Shown: positions 1 to 11,339 of the stretch, piece after piece
Layout of the letters: each line of letters opens with the position of its first letter
Position numbering within the stretch: the first letter of the stretch is position 1
Source of the DNA: Octopus sinensis
Lineage: Eukaryota
Reading direction: 5' to 3'
DNA length: 64,000 bases
NCBI RefSeq assembly: GCF_006345805.1
Contig: NC_043000.1
Span: 124,186,001-124,250,000, forward strand
Notes under the pieces: model-generated
What the model saw: only the letters and a program-made list of their open reading frames with translations
Told to the model about the DNA's origin: nothing
Database searches by the model: none
Program-made: the position numbers and the translations under genes

Positions 1-225
1 GTGTTCTTGAAGCACATACCCATTCAACACTGGATGAACATGCCACCGTCTGACAAAGAATATCGGATTTCCCTCAACTGCATGAAGCAGCAGAAGTTTC
101 CTGGCCCAGTCAACATCCCAGTGGAACTTCTAAAACATGATGGACTACTATTAAATACCAGTCTATTCACATTGGTTCTCTGAATGTGGAAGAATCTCCA
201 TGTTCCCAGACCTATATGTGTGATT
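1..225 (+). mobile_element. Degraded RTE-clade LINE ORF2 fragment (N-terminal part of RT)
   Basis: Frame +1 reads PPSDKEYRISLNCMKQQKFPGPVNIPVELLKHDG...LVL*MW, matching the RTE-type MKxxKAPGPDxIPxELLKxGG motif; in-frame stop. Confidence 0.65.
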
Positions 226-250
226 GCTTTGTATATCACTTGCTTAAGTT

Positions 251-468
251 GGTGGTGAGCTGGCAGAAATATTAGCATGCAGGACGAAATGCTTAGCATT
301 ATTTCCTATGTCTTTATGTTCTGATTTCAAATTCCACCAAAGTCAACTTTGCCATTCAGCCTTTCGAGATCGATAAATTAAGTACCAGTTGCACACTAGG
401 GTCGACTAATCGACTGGCCCCCTCCCACAAAATTTCAGGACTTGTGCCTAGAGTAGAAAAGAATATTA
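251..468 (+). mobile_element. tRNA-derived SINE family A, tail type 1
   Basis: Head GGTGGTGAGCTGGCAG, degenerate B-box (consensus GAGTTCAAATTCC in other copies), body GTCGATAAATTAAGTACCAG, tail AAATTTCAGGxCTTGTGCCTAGAGTAGAAAAGAATATT; more than 15 related copies in the window. Confidence 0.9.
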
Positions 469-566
469 CCTGTTTTAATCCACTAAAAGCATTTTTTTCC
501 TGAATATGCACGATTGAAACTGGGATTTGTCTAATATGCTCATGCATCTTTTATGCCAGTAAATAC

Positions 567-796
567 AATATTTGTTTCTTTATTGCCCACAGGGGGCTAA
601 ACATAGAAAGGACAAACAAAAAGATTAAGTCGATTACATCGACCCTAGTGTGTAACTGGTACTTATTTAATCGACCCCCGAAAGGATGAAAGGCAAAGTC
701 GACCTCAGTGGAATTTGAACTCAGAACATAACAGCAGACGAAATACTGTTAAGCATTTCGCCCAGTGTGCTAACGTTTCTGCCAGCTTGCCGCCTT
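567..796 (-). mobile_element. SINE family A, tail type 2
   Basis: Same head and body in reverse, with the alternative tail TTAATC..TTTGTCTGTCC..; tail-to-tail with the copy at 251-468. Confidence 0.9.
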
Positions 797-839
797 AAAA
801 TACAATATTTAACTGTTTGAGAGAATATTTCATGCTTAC

Positions 840-1070
840 CTACATAGCCGCCAGTGTGGGCTTCATCTACATTCTCATCAATGTATGCAATGGCAAGTGG
901 AAATCTTGCAGCTTTTCCAACACCAATCAGCAGCATTCCAATAAAAATAAAGAAGTAACCAATTGTACTGGAACCAGTGAAGGATTCTTCTTCCATCAAA
1001 TTGCACTCAATACTCGTATTTAAAGCTGGATCCTGTGTTGATTTGAAATCAGTCCACATTGTTCTATTGG
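840..1070 (-). CDS. SLCO/OATP organic anion transporter, coding exon 3 (gene continues off the left edge)
   Basis: Reads (A)NRTMWTDF...GYFFIFIGMLLIGVGKAARFPLAIAYIDENVDEAHTGGYVG, with the OATP hallmark YIDENV...Y.G. Acceptor ttgtttag at 1071-1072, donor G|GTAAGC at 839. Confidence 0.9.
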
Positions 1071-1354
1071 CTAAACAACAGTTAAGTAACGTTTAATTAT
1101 GCGTGTGCGTGTGTGTGTGAGTGTGTGTGTATATATATATGTATAACGTTCAATATAACATTGTATTTGTATGGCAAAGTCATACAAAGTACGTGTATCA
1201 AGAAAGGAAATCAAAAAGAAAATGAGACCAAAATATATCAGTTTAGGACAGAGGTGGGAAACCATTTTATGTTGAAAGGCTCCCACAAAGTTAAATGCAG
1301 TCTGACAAGGAAGCATTTAAAAATAAGTACTTTATATTGCTAAACTACAGCTTG

Positions 1355-1886
1355 TTTTTTTTTTGAGTGAGAGAGCAGTGCATGCCATCAAAGTGACACT
1401 GGGGTAAAATATACGAAGCCCAGTATACCCATCATGACAACCCGTCTGATAAGGCACATGCATCACAACCATATGTGCGCAACATGGTGATCTCATATCA
1501 AGATAAACAGTGCATTACCTTGCACGTGGGGCCCAGTTAGAATTTTCTTCTGGTCAAGTAGCCCATTCCACTCAAAAGGTCCTTGAATAAGGATTGTTTA
1601 AGGATGTTGAATGAACCACTCGTGTTTCCAAAGGTGAATTATCCAAACCTCCAAGAATTCCTTTCAACAGACAGCTATGATGTTCCCCCACTACTTCTGC
1701 TCGTGATCAGAGATGCAGATATCGTCAGCCACTAAGGAACATGGTCAACTGGTTACGGTCAAACAACTGGCCAGCAAATCTGTGGTATTGAGCAGAATAT
1801 TTACTGTAGCCCATCTTTTATACCTTTCAATCAGTTAAGATCAGAAGCCATGAGAGCCACTGCCTGGTACTGCATCAGGGCATTTA
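1355..1886 (-). mobile_element. Probable non-autonomous retroposon (single copy in window)
   Basis: GC-richer ~530-bp block ending in an A-tail (T run at 1355-1364 on +) and abutting a (CAT)n tract at the other end; resembles an Octopus interspersed repeat from memory only. Confidence 0.45.
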
Positions 1887-2201
1887 TCATCATCATCATC
1901 ATCATTATTGTCCAATCTGAAAGGAAGAGAAGCAAAGTTGACCCCAATGGCATTTGAATACAGATTGTCCAGTGTACTAATGATTTAGTTAGTCAACCAC
2001 CTTAAACAACAACAACAACAATAATGCAAGGAAGGAACAAAGTTGAAAAATCATTTGAAATATAATTAAGTAAATTAATTCAACCCTATAACTCTATTTT
2101 GGTCAATGTCAAGACATATTTACTTAATTTATCTTCAATTTAGGATTATGAATCAATATGTATCTTTACTTCTTTTTTATCGCTTTTTTTTCTTTTATTT
2201 T

Positions 2202-2456
2202 TTATTTGTTTCAGTCATTAGATTGCAACCATGCTGGAGCACTGCCTTGAAGAATCTTTTAGTCAAATGAATTGACCCCAATGCTTATAAATATATATAT
2301 TTTTAAAGCCTGGTTCTTATTCTATCAGTCTCTTTTGCAGAATTGCTAAGTTACAGTGACGTAAATACAACATTGAGTGTCAAATGGTGATGGAGAATAG
2401 ACAGACAGACAAACAGATAGACAGACAGACACACACACACACACACGCGCACGCGT

Positions 2457-2490
<34 letters not shown>

Positions 2491-2645
2491 AGGGCTTCTT
2501 TCAGTTTCTGTCTACAAAATCCACTCACAAGGCTTTGGTCAGCCCAAGGTTGTAGTAGAAGACACTTGCCCAAGGTGCCACTCAGTGGGGCTGAACCCAG
2601 AAACATAAGGTTGGAAAGCAAGCTTCTTACAACATAGCCACACCT
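2202..2645 (-). mobile_element. SINE family B (two conserved arms around an internal microsatellite)
   Basis: Head GTGGCTATGTTGTAAGAAGCTTGC..., GGCACCTTGGGCAAGTGTCTT, internal (CA)n/(GACA)n, tail ..GACTGAAACAAATAAAA; 8 or more copies in the window. Confidence 0.9.
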
Positions 2646-2686
2646 GCATTAGTAATTTAGTAAAATGAAGTAAAACTGATACTTGC

Positions 2687-2996
2687 CTCCATTGTTGTTT
2701 TGGTTAGTATTCCATTTTGGATGTGGTGTGATAAAGTAGGGCAGAGCACAGATAAGAATCGCAAGACCAACTGTAACATTGGTAATAGCTAACACTCTTG
2801 GTCTATGACAGTTCTTAAGTAAATAACCCAAAACTAGCACAGAACATATAAATCCAACATCATTTATACTTATGAGAATTCCTGAGGATTTGCTTTGCAA
2901 ATTAAACTGTTTTTCAATGGCTGTTATCTGTGATCCCAAATAATGGTCCAAAGAGTGCACGAATATATTTGCAAGGCTGACATAAATGACAAAGAC
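2687..2996 (-). CDS. SLCO/OATP coding exon 2
   Basis: VFVIYVSLANIF...SQITAIEKQFNLQSKSSGILISINDVGF...LGYLLKNCHRPRVLA...ALPYF: classic OATP TM1-TM3 with IEKxF, HRPR and ALPxF motifs. Acceptor tttcag|GTC at 2996. The 3' boundary is 2687 with a GC donor or 2683 with a GT donor. Confidence 0.92.
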
Positions 2997-3123
2997 CTGA
3001 AAACAAAAATAAGATAAAATTGATATCACTTTATAGAATTGACAAATTAGCTAATAAAATAAATAATAATGAAATTAATATATGCAGTGCTCAGGTGCAC
3101 CACAACTTGTCAAAAGTGCGTAT

Positions 3124-3241
3124 AAGATCACTTTTGAGGTCTCTCAGTCGTAGGTTTTTTGCTTCTACATCAGGAATTTCTTCTCCAATTTTACAACAGA
3201 TTCAGCAATAAGAACTAGGTCATCAGCATATAGGAGTTGCC
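3124..3241 (-). mobile_element. RTE RT fragment containing YADD
   Basis: QLLYADDLVLIAESVVKLEKKFLM*; near-identical to 9720-9950 and 14936-15330. Confidence 0.8.
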
Positions 3242-3249
3242 ATAGATAA

Positions 3250-3655
3250 AATAATAATAATAATAATGAAATTATTGTATACAGTGCTCAGGTGCACCAC
3301 AACTTGTCAAAAGTGCGTATAAAGCATATGTAGTAATGTACAAATGTCTGGGAAGTGAACAGTGTATGAGTCAGATACATGCTTGTGTGTGTATGGAGAG
3401 GAGAAAATCAGGTGTAGTGTTGGCGAATCTCAGGAAGCATGGAAGTTTTGAAGGATGCAGTGCTCCAACAACTGACAACTGATGCCGGCAGTTTGTTTGA
3501 TGCTTCAGCAACTCTTAGCGTGAAAAAATGTTTCCGAAAGTCATGGGAACTGTGCTGTTTTCTGACTTTGTAAACATGTCCATGGGTGTTAGACAGGTGG
3601 AGTTTGAAAATGTGCTCAGAGTTATTGTTAGTAAGATGGTTAATAATTTAATAAT
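3250..3655 (-). mobile_element. CR1/L2-like LINE 3' end with (TTA)n tail
   Basis: Same sequence as the longer copies at 17555-18245 and 21190-21900, which encode an ORF2 C-terminus; extra short 3' fragments at ~3062-3123 and ~37590-37705. Confidence 0.85.
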
Positions 3656-3737
3656 TTTATAATTTAAAAGTACTACAGAGTTTGGCAACCTCATAGAGTC
3701 CTGAACGGAAGGTGGATGACTAGTAATGATATCCCTT

Positions 3738-3895
3738 TCTGCTAAAGGCACAAGGCTTGAAATTTGGGGGGGTGGGACTAGTCGATTACATTGACCCAAG
3801 TGCATAACTGGTACTTAATTTATCAACCCCGAAAGAATGAAAGGCAAAGTCGACCTCTGCAGAATTTGAACTCAGAATGTAGTGGCAGACAAAAT
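3738..3895 (-). mobile_element. SINE family A, partial
   Basis: Body GTCGACTTTGCCTTTCA..GATAAATTAAGTACCAG plus tail 1. Confidence 0.85.
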
Positions 3896-4349
3896 ATGAT
3901 GACTAGTAATAATAATAGAACTGCTCGCTTTGAGCATAATAAGTATAACTAAAAGAAAATAAATAATTTTAAAAAATAAATATTGGGTTGTTTGATAAGT
4001 TCATTCATTTGTTTTCCCCATTTATTTTAATAATTCCCTATGTTACTTGAATTAAGACAGAGAATATTTTTTCATGGTGTCTTATGGCTTTTTGTAGTTC
4101 TATTCATCCTCTGCACCACTTTTGAAATTTGAATAAATTTTATCAATTTTAAAATATATGACAATGGATTACCAAATAGAGTAAAAAGCAAACAAATCTA
4201 TCAAACGATCCACCCCAAAAACAGACACATCAGAAATGACATTAAAAAGGGCTGTTAATGTGTTGACTGACTGAACCTGATGTTATTAAACACCCCTGCA
4301 TTTGTATGCTGACAGATACTTCATATGTATATACTTGTAAGGAGAAAGA

Positions 4350-4910
4350 ACTATACTCTTTTACTCTTTTATTTGTTTCAGTCATTTCACCGTGGCCATG
4401 CTGGAGCACCACCTTTAGTTGAGCAAATCGACCCCAGGACTTATTCTTTGTAAGCGTAGTACTTATTCTATCGGTCTCTTTTGCCGAACCGCTAAGTTAC
4501 GGGGACGTAAACACACCAGCATCGGTTGTCAAGCGATGCTGGGGAAACAAACACAGACACACAAACATATACACACATATACATCATCATCGTTTAACGT
4601 CCGTTTTCCTTGCTAGCATGGGTTGAACAGTTTGACCGGGGTCTGGGAAGCCAGGAGGTTGCACCAGGCTCCAGTCTGATCAGGTAGTGTTTCTACAGCT
4701 GGATGCCCTTCCTAATGCCAACCACTCCGTGAGTGTAGTGGGTGCTTTTTATGTGCCACCAGCATACATATATACGGCGGGCTTCTTTCAGTTTCCGTCG
4801 TGTACCAAATCCACTCACAAGGCTTTGGTCAGCCCAAGGCTATAGTAGAAGACACTTGCCCAAGATGCCATGCAGTGGGATTGTACCCAGAACCATGTGG
4901 TTGGTAAGCA
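4350..4910 (-). mobile_element. SINE family B interrupted by an RTE 3'UTR fragment (~4582-4764)
   Basis: B tail arm 4350-4580, (CAT)n-led RTE 3' end inserted in the internal CA/TA tract, B head arm resumes at ~4765. Confidence 0.85.
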
Positions 4911-5689
4911 ATGTTCATGATCTTCTCTTAGAATTTCATCTGTGTCTTACATAAGCAAGTATTTTGCTCTGTTATGTCTGGTGACAAACATTTGAGGAAT
5001 AAAAGTAATTTATTGCCATTTTTATCTTTGTCTGCAGTTGCATCATCATAATCTTTACACTTCATTTGAGGGGATACATATGGCTTCCAATCACTCTCTG
5101 CATGTGGCCCTGTCAATGGCTGTGTTTTGCAACTGTATACACAGCATGAAGATATTGCCATCATTCTTAAGTTTCTTAACTCACCAGATTAATTTTAATA
5201 ATACATTCTGAAACATTAGCCTTATATTTGTCTGTCTAATCTAACAGCTTGCTATTTGGGTATGACTCACTTTCTGATTATCCCGTTTTTCTACTTCCAC
5301 AACTAAATATACAGTATTATATTTATAAATGTGTGTGTGTGTGTGCATGTATTTATGTGCATGTGTGTGTGCACATGTGCATGAACTTGCATATGTGTGT
5401 GTGTGTGGTTTGTGCATGCATGTGCTGTGTGTGTGTACGTGCGCATACATGTGCATGTGTGTGTGTGTGTTTACATGTCATTGGCCTATGTCAGACAAAT
5501 GAGAGAAAAGAGTGTTAAAGGATATGTTTTTTTTATTGAAACTGAAACTCAGATTTTTTCTCATGACTTGAGTTTCATGCCACTGTGATCTTCAGGTAAG
5601 AACTCAGAGTTTCTGTTTGAAAAAGAACTAAATCATATATATATAGTAAATCCAAAATAGTAAAACAAACACCCAAAAATATCAATGCG

Positions 5690-5840
5690 AGGATGTGGTA
5701 CATGTAAAGTATTAGGGAAGGAAAGAAAGATGGTTTAATGCTTTGAGCAGACGCTCTTCTTCAGAAACAGAGGGAAGTCCAATAGAAGGCAGATGGAGGA
5801 AGAAAATCGCCAACGATTCACATGTGGTCACATATATATA
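5690..5840 (-). mobile_element. Probable Penelope-like element terminal remnant with decayed hammerhead motif
   Basis: Minus strand reads CTGAAGA-AGAGC-GTCT-GCTC-aAAgC-aTTAAA, i.e. CUGANGA / stem II / GAAAC-GT with mutations mostly at CpG sites. Confidence 0.5.
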
Positions 5841-6685
5841 TTGTCAGTAAATCATGTGTGTGTGTGTATTTATATAGCGCTTTATGGACATGAAACCCTG
5901 GGTAACCCTTTGAACCTGTCATAACTAATATTCTCTAAATACGTGTGTGTGTGTGTGTGCATGTACGTGTGTGTACGCATATGTATTGTGTTAAGAAGCC
6001 ACTATTGTTTAGCTTTCAGGTTTAAGAAGAAAGGTATTTAAAACATTTGCATTTCTTCTCAGACTTGTTAGGATGATGTAACTGACTGGGGTTCAGTTTA
6101 AACGTTTTTGAGAAAATGTGAGTAGCAAAGGAATTTTAGAAGGTTGCAGTTAAGTTATGGTTACAAAGGATTGGATAAGAAATTAGAACAGGGATTAGTT
6201 TTGTAAAACACAGTAAAGAGGATGAGGGAAAGAAAGGTGAGTGCATTGATTGATACACAGTTCTGATATTTTAAAGGAGCAGTTGGAGCTGTTGTAACAG
6301 TGGTAGATGGGATACGGAAAGGATATAGTATAAGGGTAGATCAGTGGTTATAAGATACTGACATAAGAAAATTCCAATCAGTGAAGTTTCTCTCATTTTG
6401 GATTTAGTCTAAAATAAATATGATCATGATTATAATCTTAGTTAATATAAAAGATTTTTGAGGAATTATTTGGCCTTTCTCATCTTTTCATATAAATCTT
6501 ATAAAAAATGGAAGAAAAAAACATTTCTTTCTTAATCCTGTTTAAAGTTATAGATTCATTCAGTGAGATAAAACAGTAAAATATTAATAAAAATTGACTG
6601 ATAAACAATTAGTATTTTAAAGGTTTCATCAGATGTGTGACCTAGTCACTGGTACACTTCCATGACATATAAGGGGTAAAGGAGT

Positions 6686-7022
6686 AAAGAGCCCCTTCAG
6701 TCATGAATGACCATGGGATTACACCCAGAAAGTTCCCCTCCAAGGCACAAGTCCAGGCAAGGTTGTTTATGGAAGACCAGCAGTATCCCATGCATACCAG
6801 ACTCCCCTCTCCACACCACTGATGTTATCCAAAACAAAAGCAAAGGCTGATACAGCATGGCACCAGTGATGTCGCAACTCATTTCTACAGCTGAGTGAAC
6901 TTGAGCAAGGTGAAATAAAGTGTCTTCCTTAAGAACACAACACGTAGCCCAGTCCAGGAATCAAATTCACAACCTCATGATCATAAGCTCAATGCTCTAA
7001 CCACTGAGCCATGTGCCTTCAC
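6686..7022 (-). mobile_element. tRNA-derived CORE-like SINE (family D)
   Basis: tRNA head with A-box and B-box-like motifs, then a CORE-like segment resembling TTGTGTTCTTGAGCAAGACACTTTATTTCAC..CTCCAGTTCACTCAGCTG in other copies. Confidence 0.85.
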
Positions 7023-7121
7023 TTTTCATGTAATTAATATTTTAATAATCTAAGGTAGTTTAATTCCTTGCAAAAAAAAAAAAAATTTGAATATCAAAAA
7101 ATTTAACAACTTTATTTTTAC

Positions 7122-7253
7122 CTTTATGCTAATTAATCTTTGCGAGAATAACGACCAACATTTATTGTGAAAATAGGAAATATTTTTTCTTGGTCTGTGA
7201 GTCTCAATATCATTGCTGTTGTAAGAAGGTACTGCTTCAGTCGTTTTGTTCAT
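7122..7253 (-). CDS. SLCO/OATP first coding exon
   Basis: ATG at 7253, 7 nt after acceptor tttctag (so an upstream 5'UTR exon exists). Reads MNKTT...KCWSLFSQRLISIK, donor AAG|GTAAAA phase 0, joining in frame to VFVIY to give the typical OATP (Q)RLxSIKVF pre-TM1 motif. Confidence 0.8.
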
Positions 7254-7468
7254 CTTGGTTCTAGAAAGAGATGAGAAAATTTATTGTCTATTATTTTATT
7301 ACATGTTACAAAAATGGAATGGAACAAAACAGTACAATTGTCAGAACAATGTCTAAGAACTTAATTATTTGCTAAAAGGTATAGTAAAAAGAAAAAAAAA
7401 AGATTAATAGCTAAAATAGACAAGCTACTGGGCTGCCAACTGATATATTACACTGATTTATTATTTAA

Positions 7469-7688
7469 CCCTTTCATTACCAACCTGGCTGAAACTGGCT
7501 CTGGCTCTGAAAACAAATGTCTTGTTTTCATAAGTTGTGAATTAAAATCTTCCACCAAACTTTAGTCACAATTTATATTCCTAACACTAGCTGAATGACA
7601 ACTAAGTTATTTTACTAAATTCTTTGTTATATTTTAAGTAATTGGAAGAAACACAGAGTATCTCAAAATAAATACAGTAACAAAAGGG
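7469..7688. mobile_element. piggyBac-type MITE
   Basis: TTAA at 7465-7468 and 7689-7692; TIR CCCTTTCATTAC / GTAACAAAAGGG; second copy at 12511-12731. Confidence 0.9.
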
Positions 7689-7879
7689 TTAAATGCAAGA
7701 ACACAAATTTAGAACAAAGGAGGTAAAATATATGCAATGTTAATGCATTTCTCAAAACATTTTTAGCAATATTACCAGATCGATCAGACTATCAGATATC
7801 CTTATACATTACTTTTTACAACAGACTTCCATTCTTCTTTTGGTTATGCCCTTCTCTTTTATTTGCACCTAAATTTTTT

Positions 7880-8300
7880 TTTAACAAATCATCTTTTTGT
7901 CATCCTAGAAATCTTCTAAGTGGTCTTTTCCAATCTCTTGGATATTTCTCAGCTACTGCAAAGGACTACCTTCTGTTTATGAGTTTTATTTAGCATGTCT
8001 GGCCCAGTAGAATCTGCAATTTTAGTATTATTCTGTCACAGTGTTCACTTGTTTCTCTTCTCAAATTATCTTATTTCAGATAAGTTCCTGAAATGACATT
8101 CCCAGCACAAATCTTTCCATGGCCTTCTGTATCGTAGCCAGTCACTGTTCTTCATTCTTTATAGTAGTCCACATTTTATTTGCATATAAAGGCTGAAGTA
8201 GGACTGTGCTATTAATGAGACAGAAGTTTAAAAAATCAACAGCCTTGATAACAGCCAAGAATGGTAATTTCACAGGTCATTGCTGTTGTAAAATGTTGGC
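7880..8300 (-). mobile_element. Highly degraded RTE LINE ORF2 C-terminal fragment
   Basis: STVLLQPLYANKMWTTIKNEEQ*LATIQKAMERFVLG resembles the RTE motif STVLPAMLYASETWxTTKKEExRLxTAQRAMERxMLG; multiple stops. Confidence 0.55.
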
Positions 8301-9719
8301 CGTCACATCTTTCCTGTCATTTGTCTGTTAAACTAGATCTTAAATTATTAAGCTACAATCAGAAACATCTCACATGGGCAGATAATATTTGGACAGAATT
8401 TGAAGTGTACACTAAATTTAACAGCAAGTCTTAAAATTTGCTAATGAAGAATACTCTTTATATTCTATCACTCTGCAGCCAAATATTCTTCAAATTACAA
8501 TCCACTATATTTATAGAGAATAACACAGTGGACAATGTTGTATAAGGCATACCTTGTTTGAAAATGTATCACATTCTCATAAGTGTTACAGGTAATATGT
8601 ATTCTAATACAACCGTTTGTATAAACCCATGAAGCCTATTTGATGAGGAAAAACAAAACCTATCAATGGATGGACAAAGTCAGAGGAGTCAACAGCCATC
8701 AAATATTGTGTATTTATATACGTTTAAGAAGCATAAGATGTGTAGATTTTCAGTGGAAATGCATGAAGGAAACCCAACTATTAATGGTTAAAGGTAATAT
8801 CCTGTAACATCACTGTGGGATGTGTACCTCAGAGCATCTTGAGACATATAAATCACCCTGGTCATTCTACTCCTTCCCTGATATACACCCAACCAATTTG
8901 GTCCTCTTACCACTAGTCTAGGACGTCAGATAGGAGAATGAAGTTGGTTATTCAGTGTAGTCCTTCCTCAGCTATAATCCTAGTTCAGTGCAAGTCAGCA
9001 CTCAAACTTCTCTAAACGACAGACAGAAAGCAGACCTTTCTTTACAACTGTTGGGGTATCACGGGTATCTGAGATAATGAAATACTGCTACTTCTATGGT
9101 TTCTTCACAAAGAAGGTGCAATATAGGCAGGAGCAGTCATGAATCTCCTGTGACCTGTATGACTGCATTCTCCATTGTTGTGATGAAGTATTTGGTTGTT
9201 GTTGAAAACAAAGGATAAACAACATAGTTAAAAATATGACAAGTTGTTCATGGTTGGAACACCTTTAATCATAGGTTTACTTGACAAGAACTGACCTGGG
9301 GTGAAACAACAACATCAACAACAACAAGTCTCAAAACAAGCCAAGAAATCCTCTACATGGTCATTCAACTTGCTAGAAATAGCTGGCAAATATCTTCCAA
9401 ATTTAACTCAACTGTCTCAAAAGAGGTAAGACACATTATATAGAGTAGTCTATTGCCTAAAACAAAATTGGAACTGATAGCCATGATTATAATGTCTTTG
9501 ACTATAGTTTTAATTCCAACAGAACACACTAAATCTATTCACTGTTTCTAAACCTTTTGTGCATCCATAATTTATTTGATTACAATGCATGGATTGTCTA
9601 TCTGTTCATTTTTTTTGGCATTTCAAGCAAGGTCCTTTCCCTAATAGAAGCAGTGGTTAGGACATTGTGAATCCTGACTGGTTGGGATTGGTTGCTCATC
9701 CACATTGAAGGGCATCCTT

Positions 9720-9950
9720 TCCTACTTACTAATACTTTTGTCTTTGACAAGGTCACTTTTGAGGTCTCTCGGTTGTAGGGTTTTTGCTTCTACATCAGGA
9801 ATTTCTTCTCCAATTTTACAACAGATTAGGTAATAAGAACTAGGTCATCAGCATAGAGGAGTTGCTAAAGATAACTGGTCTTAAACTCTTGTTACAGTTT
9901 GGAAGACACTGATAAATAGAAGGGAACATAGAACCGAGCCCTGGAGGATG
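9720..9950 (-). mobile_element. RTE RT fragment (QGSVL..YADD..KTKV)
   Basis: ILQGSVLCSLLFI, then frameshift, then LLYADDLVLI...SKTKVLVSRK. Confidence 0.8.
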
Positions 9951-10198
9951 CATATCTATGTATGTGTTTGTGTGTATTGTCAAATTTGTGCTGATGTGAG
10001 TTCAAGTCTCACCTAATGGCTTATTTAACAAGTCACCAGTTCAACAAGTCATCAGGAGAAATTTAAAGTTCCTGTCAACACAAATTCTACAATGAATTTT
10101 ATTCTGCTACTAGTATTGGGTCTCCTTCTCAGTAAATCTCGTATTGTTATTCTTAACCTTCACTTAACATTTATCATTTATGTGTGTATATGTATTCA

Positions 10199-10258
<60 letters not shown>

Positions 10259-10260
<2 letters not shown>

Positions 10261-10570
10261 GGCGTGTGGCTTAGTGGTTAGGACATTCGGCTCACAATCG
10301 TAAGGTCGTGAGTTCGATTCCCAGTGATGCATTGTGTTCTTGAGCAAGACACTTTATTTCACGCTGCTCCAGTCCACTCAGCTGGCAAATACCTGTATTT
10401 CAAAGGGCCGGTCTTGTCACGGTCTGTGTCACGCTGAGTCTCCCTGAAAACTACATTAGTGGTAAATGTGTCTGTGAATTGCTCAGTCACTTGCATGTTA
10501 ATTTCACGAGCAGGCTGTTCCGTTGATCGTATCAGCTGGGACCCTCGTCGTTGTAACTGACGGAATGCTC
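10259..10570 (+). mobile_element. CORE-like SINE family D
   Basis: Head GGCGTGTGGCTTAGTGGTTAGG...GAGTTCGATTCCC followed by the CORE-like segment; inserted at a (TA)n(TG)n microsatellite. Confidence 0.88.
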
Positions 10571-10899
10571 CTATATATAGTTTAGGACAGTCAGTAAGTT
10601 GTCATTGTAGTACTCAGAGTTTCAAATGCATATATAAATAATCCTCTACTTACCTAATATCGAGGTCTCATTCTTTTGTTGTCACTTTTTACTATTATAT
10701 ATATATGTATGTATAAATTGTTGTTTTCTGGGGAGAGTCATTCTCTTTTAGTGCTTTATCATTTAACACACTCACCAGTAAAGTTTCCACTTATTTACTT
10801 TTTTTTTTCTAAAATTTTCATTGCGTCTTGCAACCTTTTCAATAGTCGTTGACTCTGTCCATTATCTGAGCTGTGTTCTTTTTGTTGTTTGTGTGCATG

Positions 10900-11105
10900 T
10901 GTGCACACATACACATGTATGTATGTATGTATGTATGTATGTAGGCATGTATGTATGTATGTATGTAGGTAGATATGCATGCATGTAAGTGTGTGTATGC
11001 ATGTATGCATGTGTATCTGTGTGTATATGTATATATGTATATATGTATGTATGTGTGTACGTTTGTATATATGTATTCTGCATATTCATATGTTTGTGTG
11101 TTTTA

Positions 11106-11142
<37 letters not shown>

Positions 11143-11190
11143 CTCTGTTGCTTTGTATGTGCATGTCTAAGTGTGTGTGTGTGCATGTGA
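10900..11190. repeat. Compound microsatellite (TATG)n/(TG)n
   Basis: Direct reading; it produces the spurious low-complexity ORFs in the track. Confidence 0.95.
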
Positions 11191-11339
11191 ATGCACATAT
11201 TTGAATTTAGCTGCATGCAAAAATAATTTGCTATGTAGATCAAGTAAACTTAATATAGGTCACAAAAAGTGAGAAGGTCGATCCAAGATTTCTAACTTTG
11301 GCTTATTCACTCCTGTCTGCTAAAGGACAAGTAATATCT

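Noticed and set aside
10261-10332. tRNA-Val(CAC)-like sequence
   Set aside because: A/B boxes are present but there is no acceptor stem, and it continues into a CORE-like SINE body found in several copies.
10795-11204. Cluster of His/Thr- and Cys/Val-rich ORFs (likewise at 5241-5588, 40715-42220 and elsewhere)
   Set aside because: All are (CA/TG/TA)n microsatellite artefacts.
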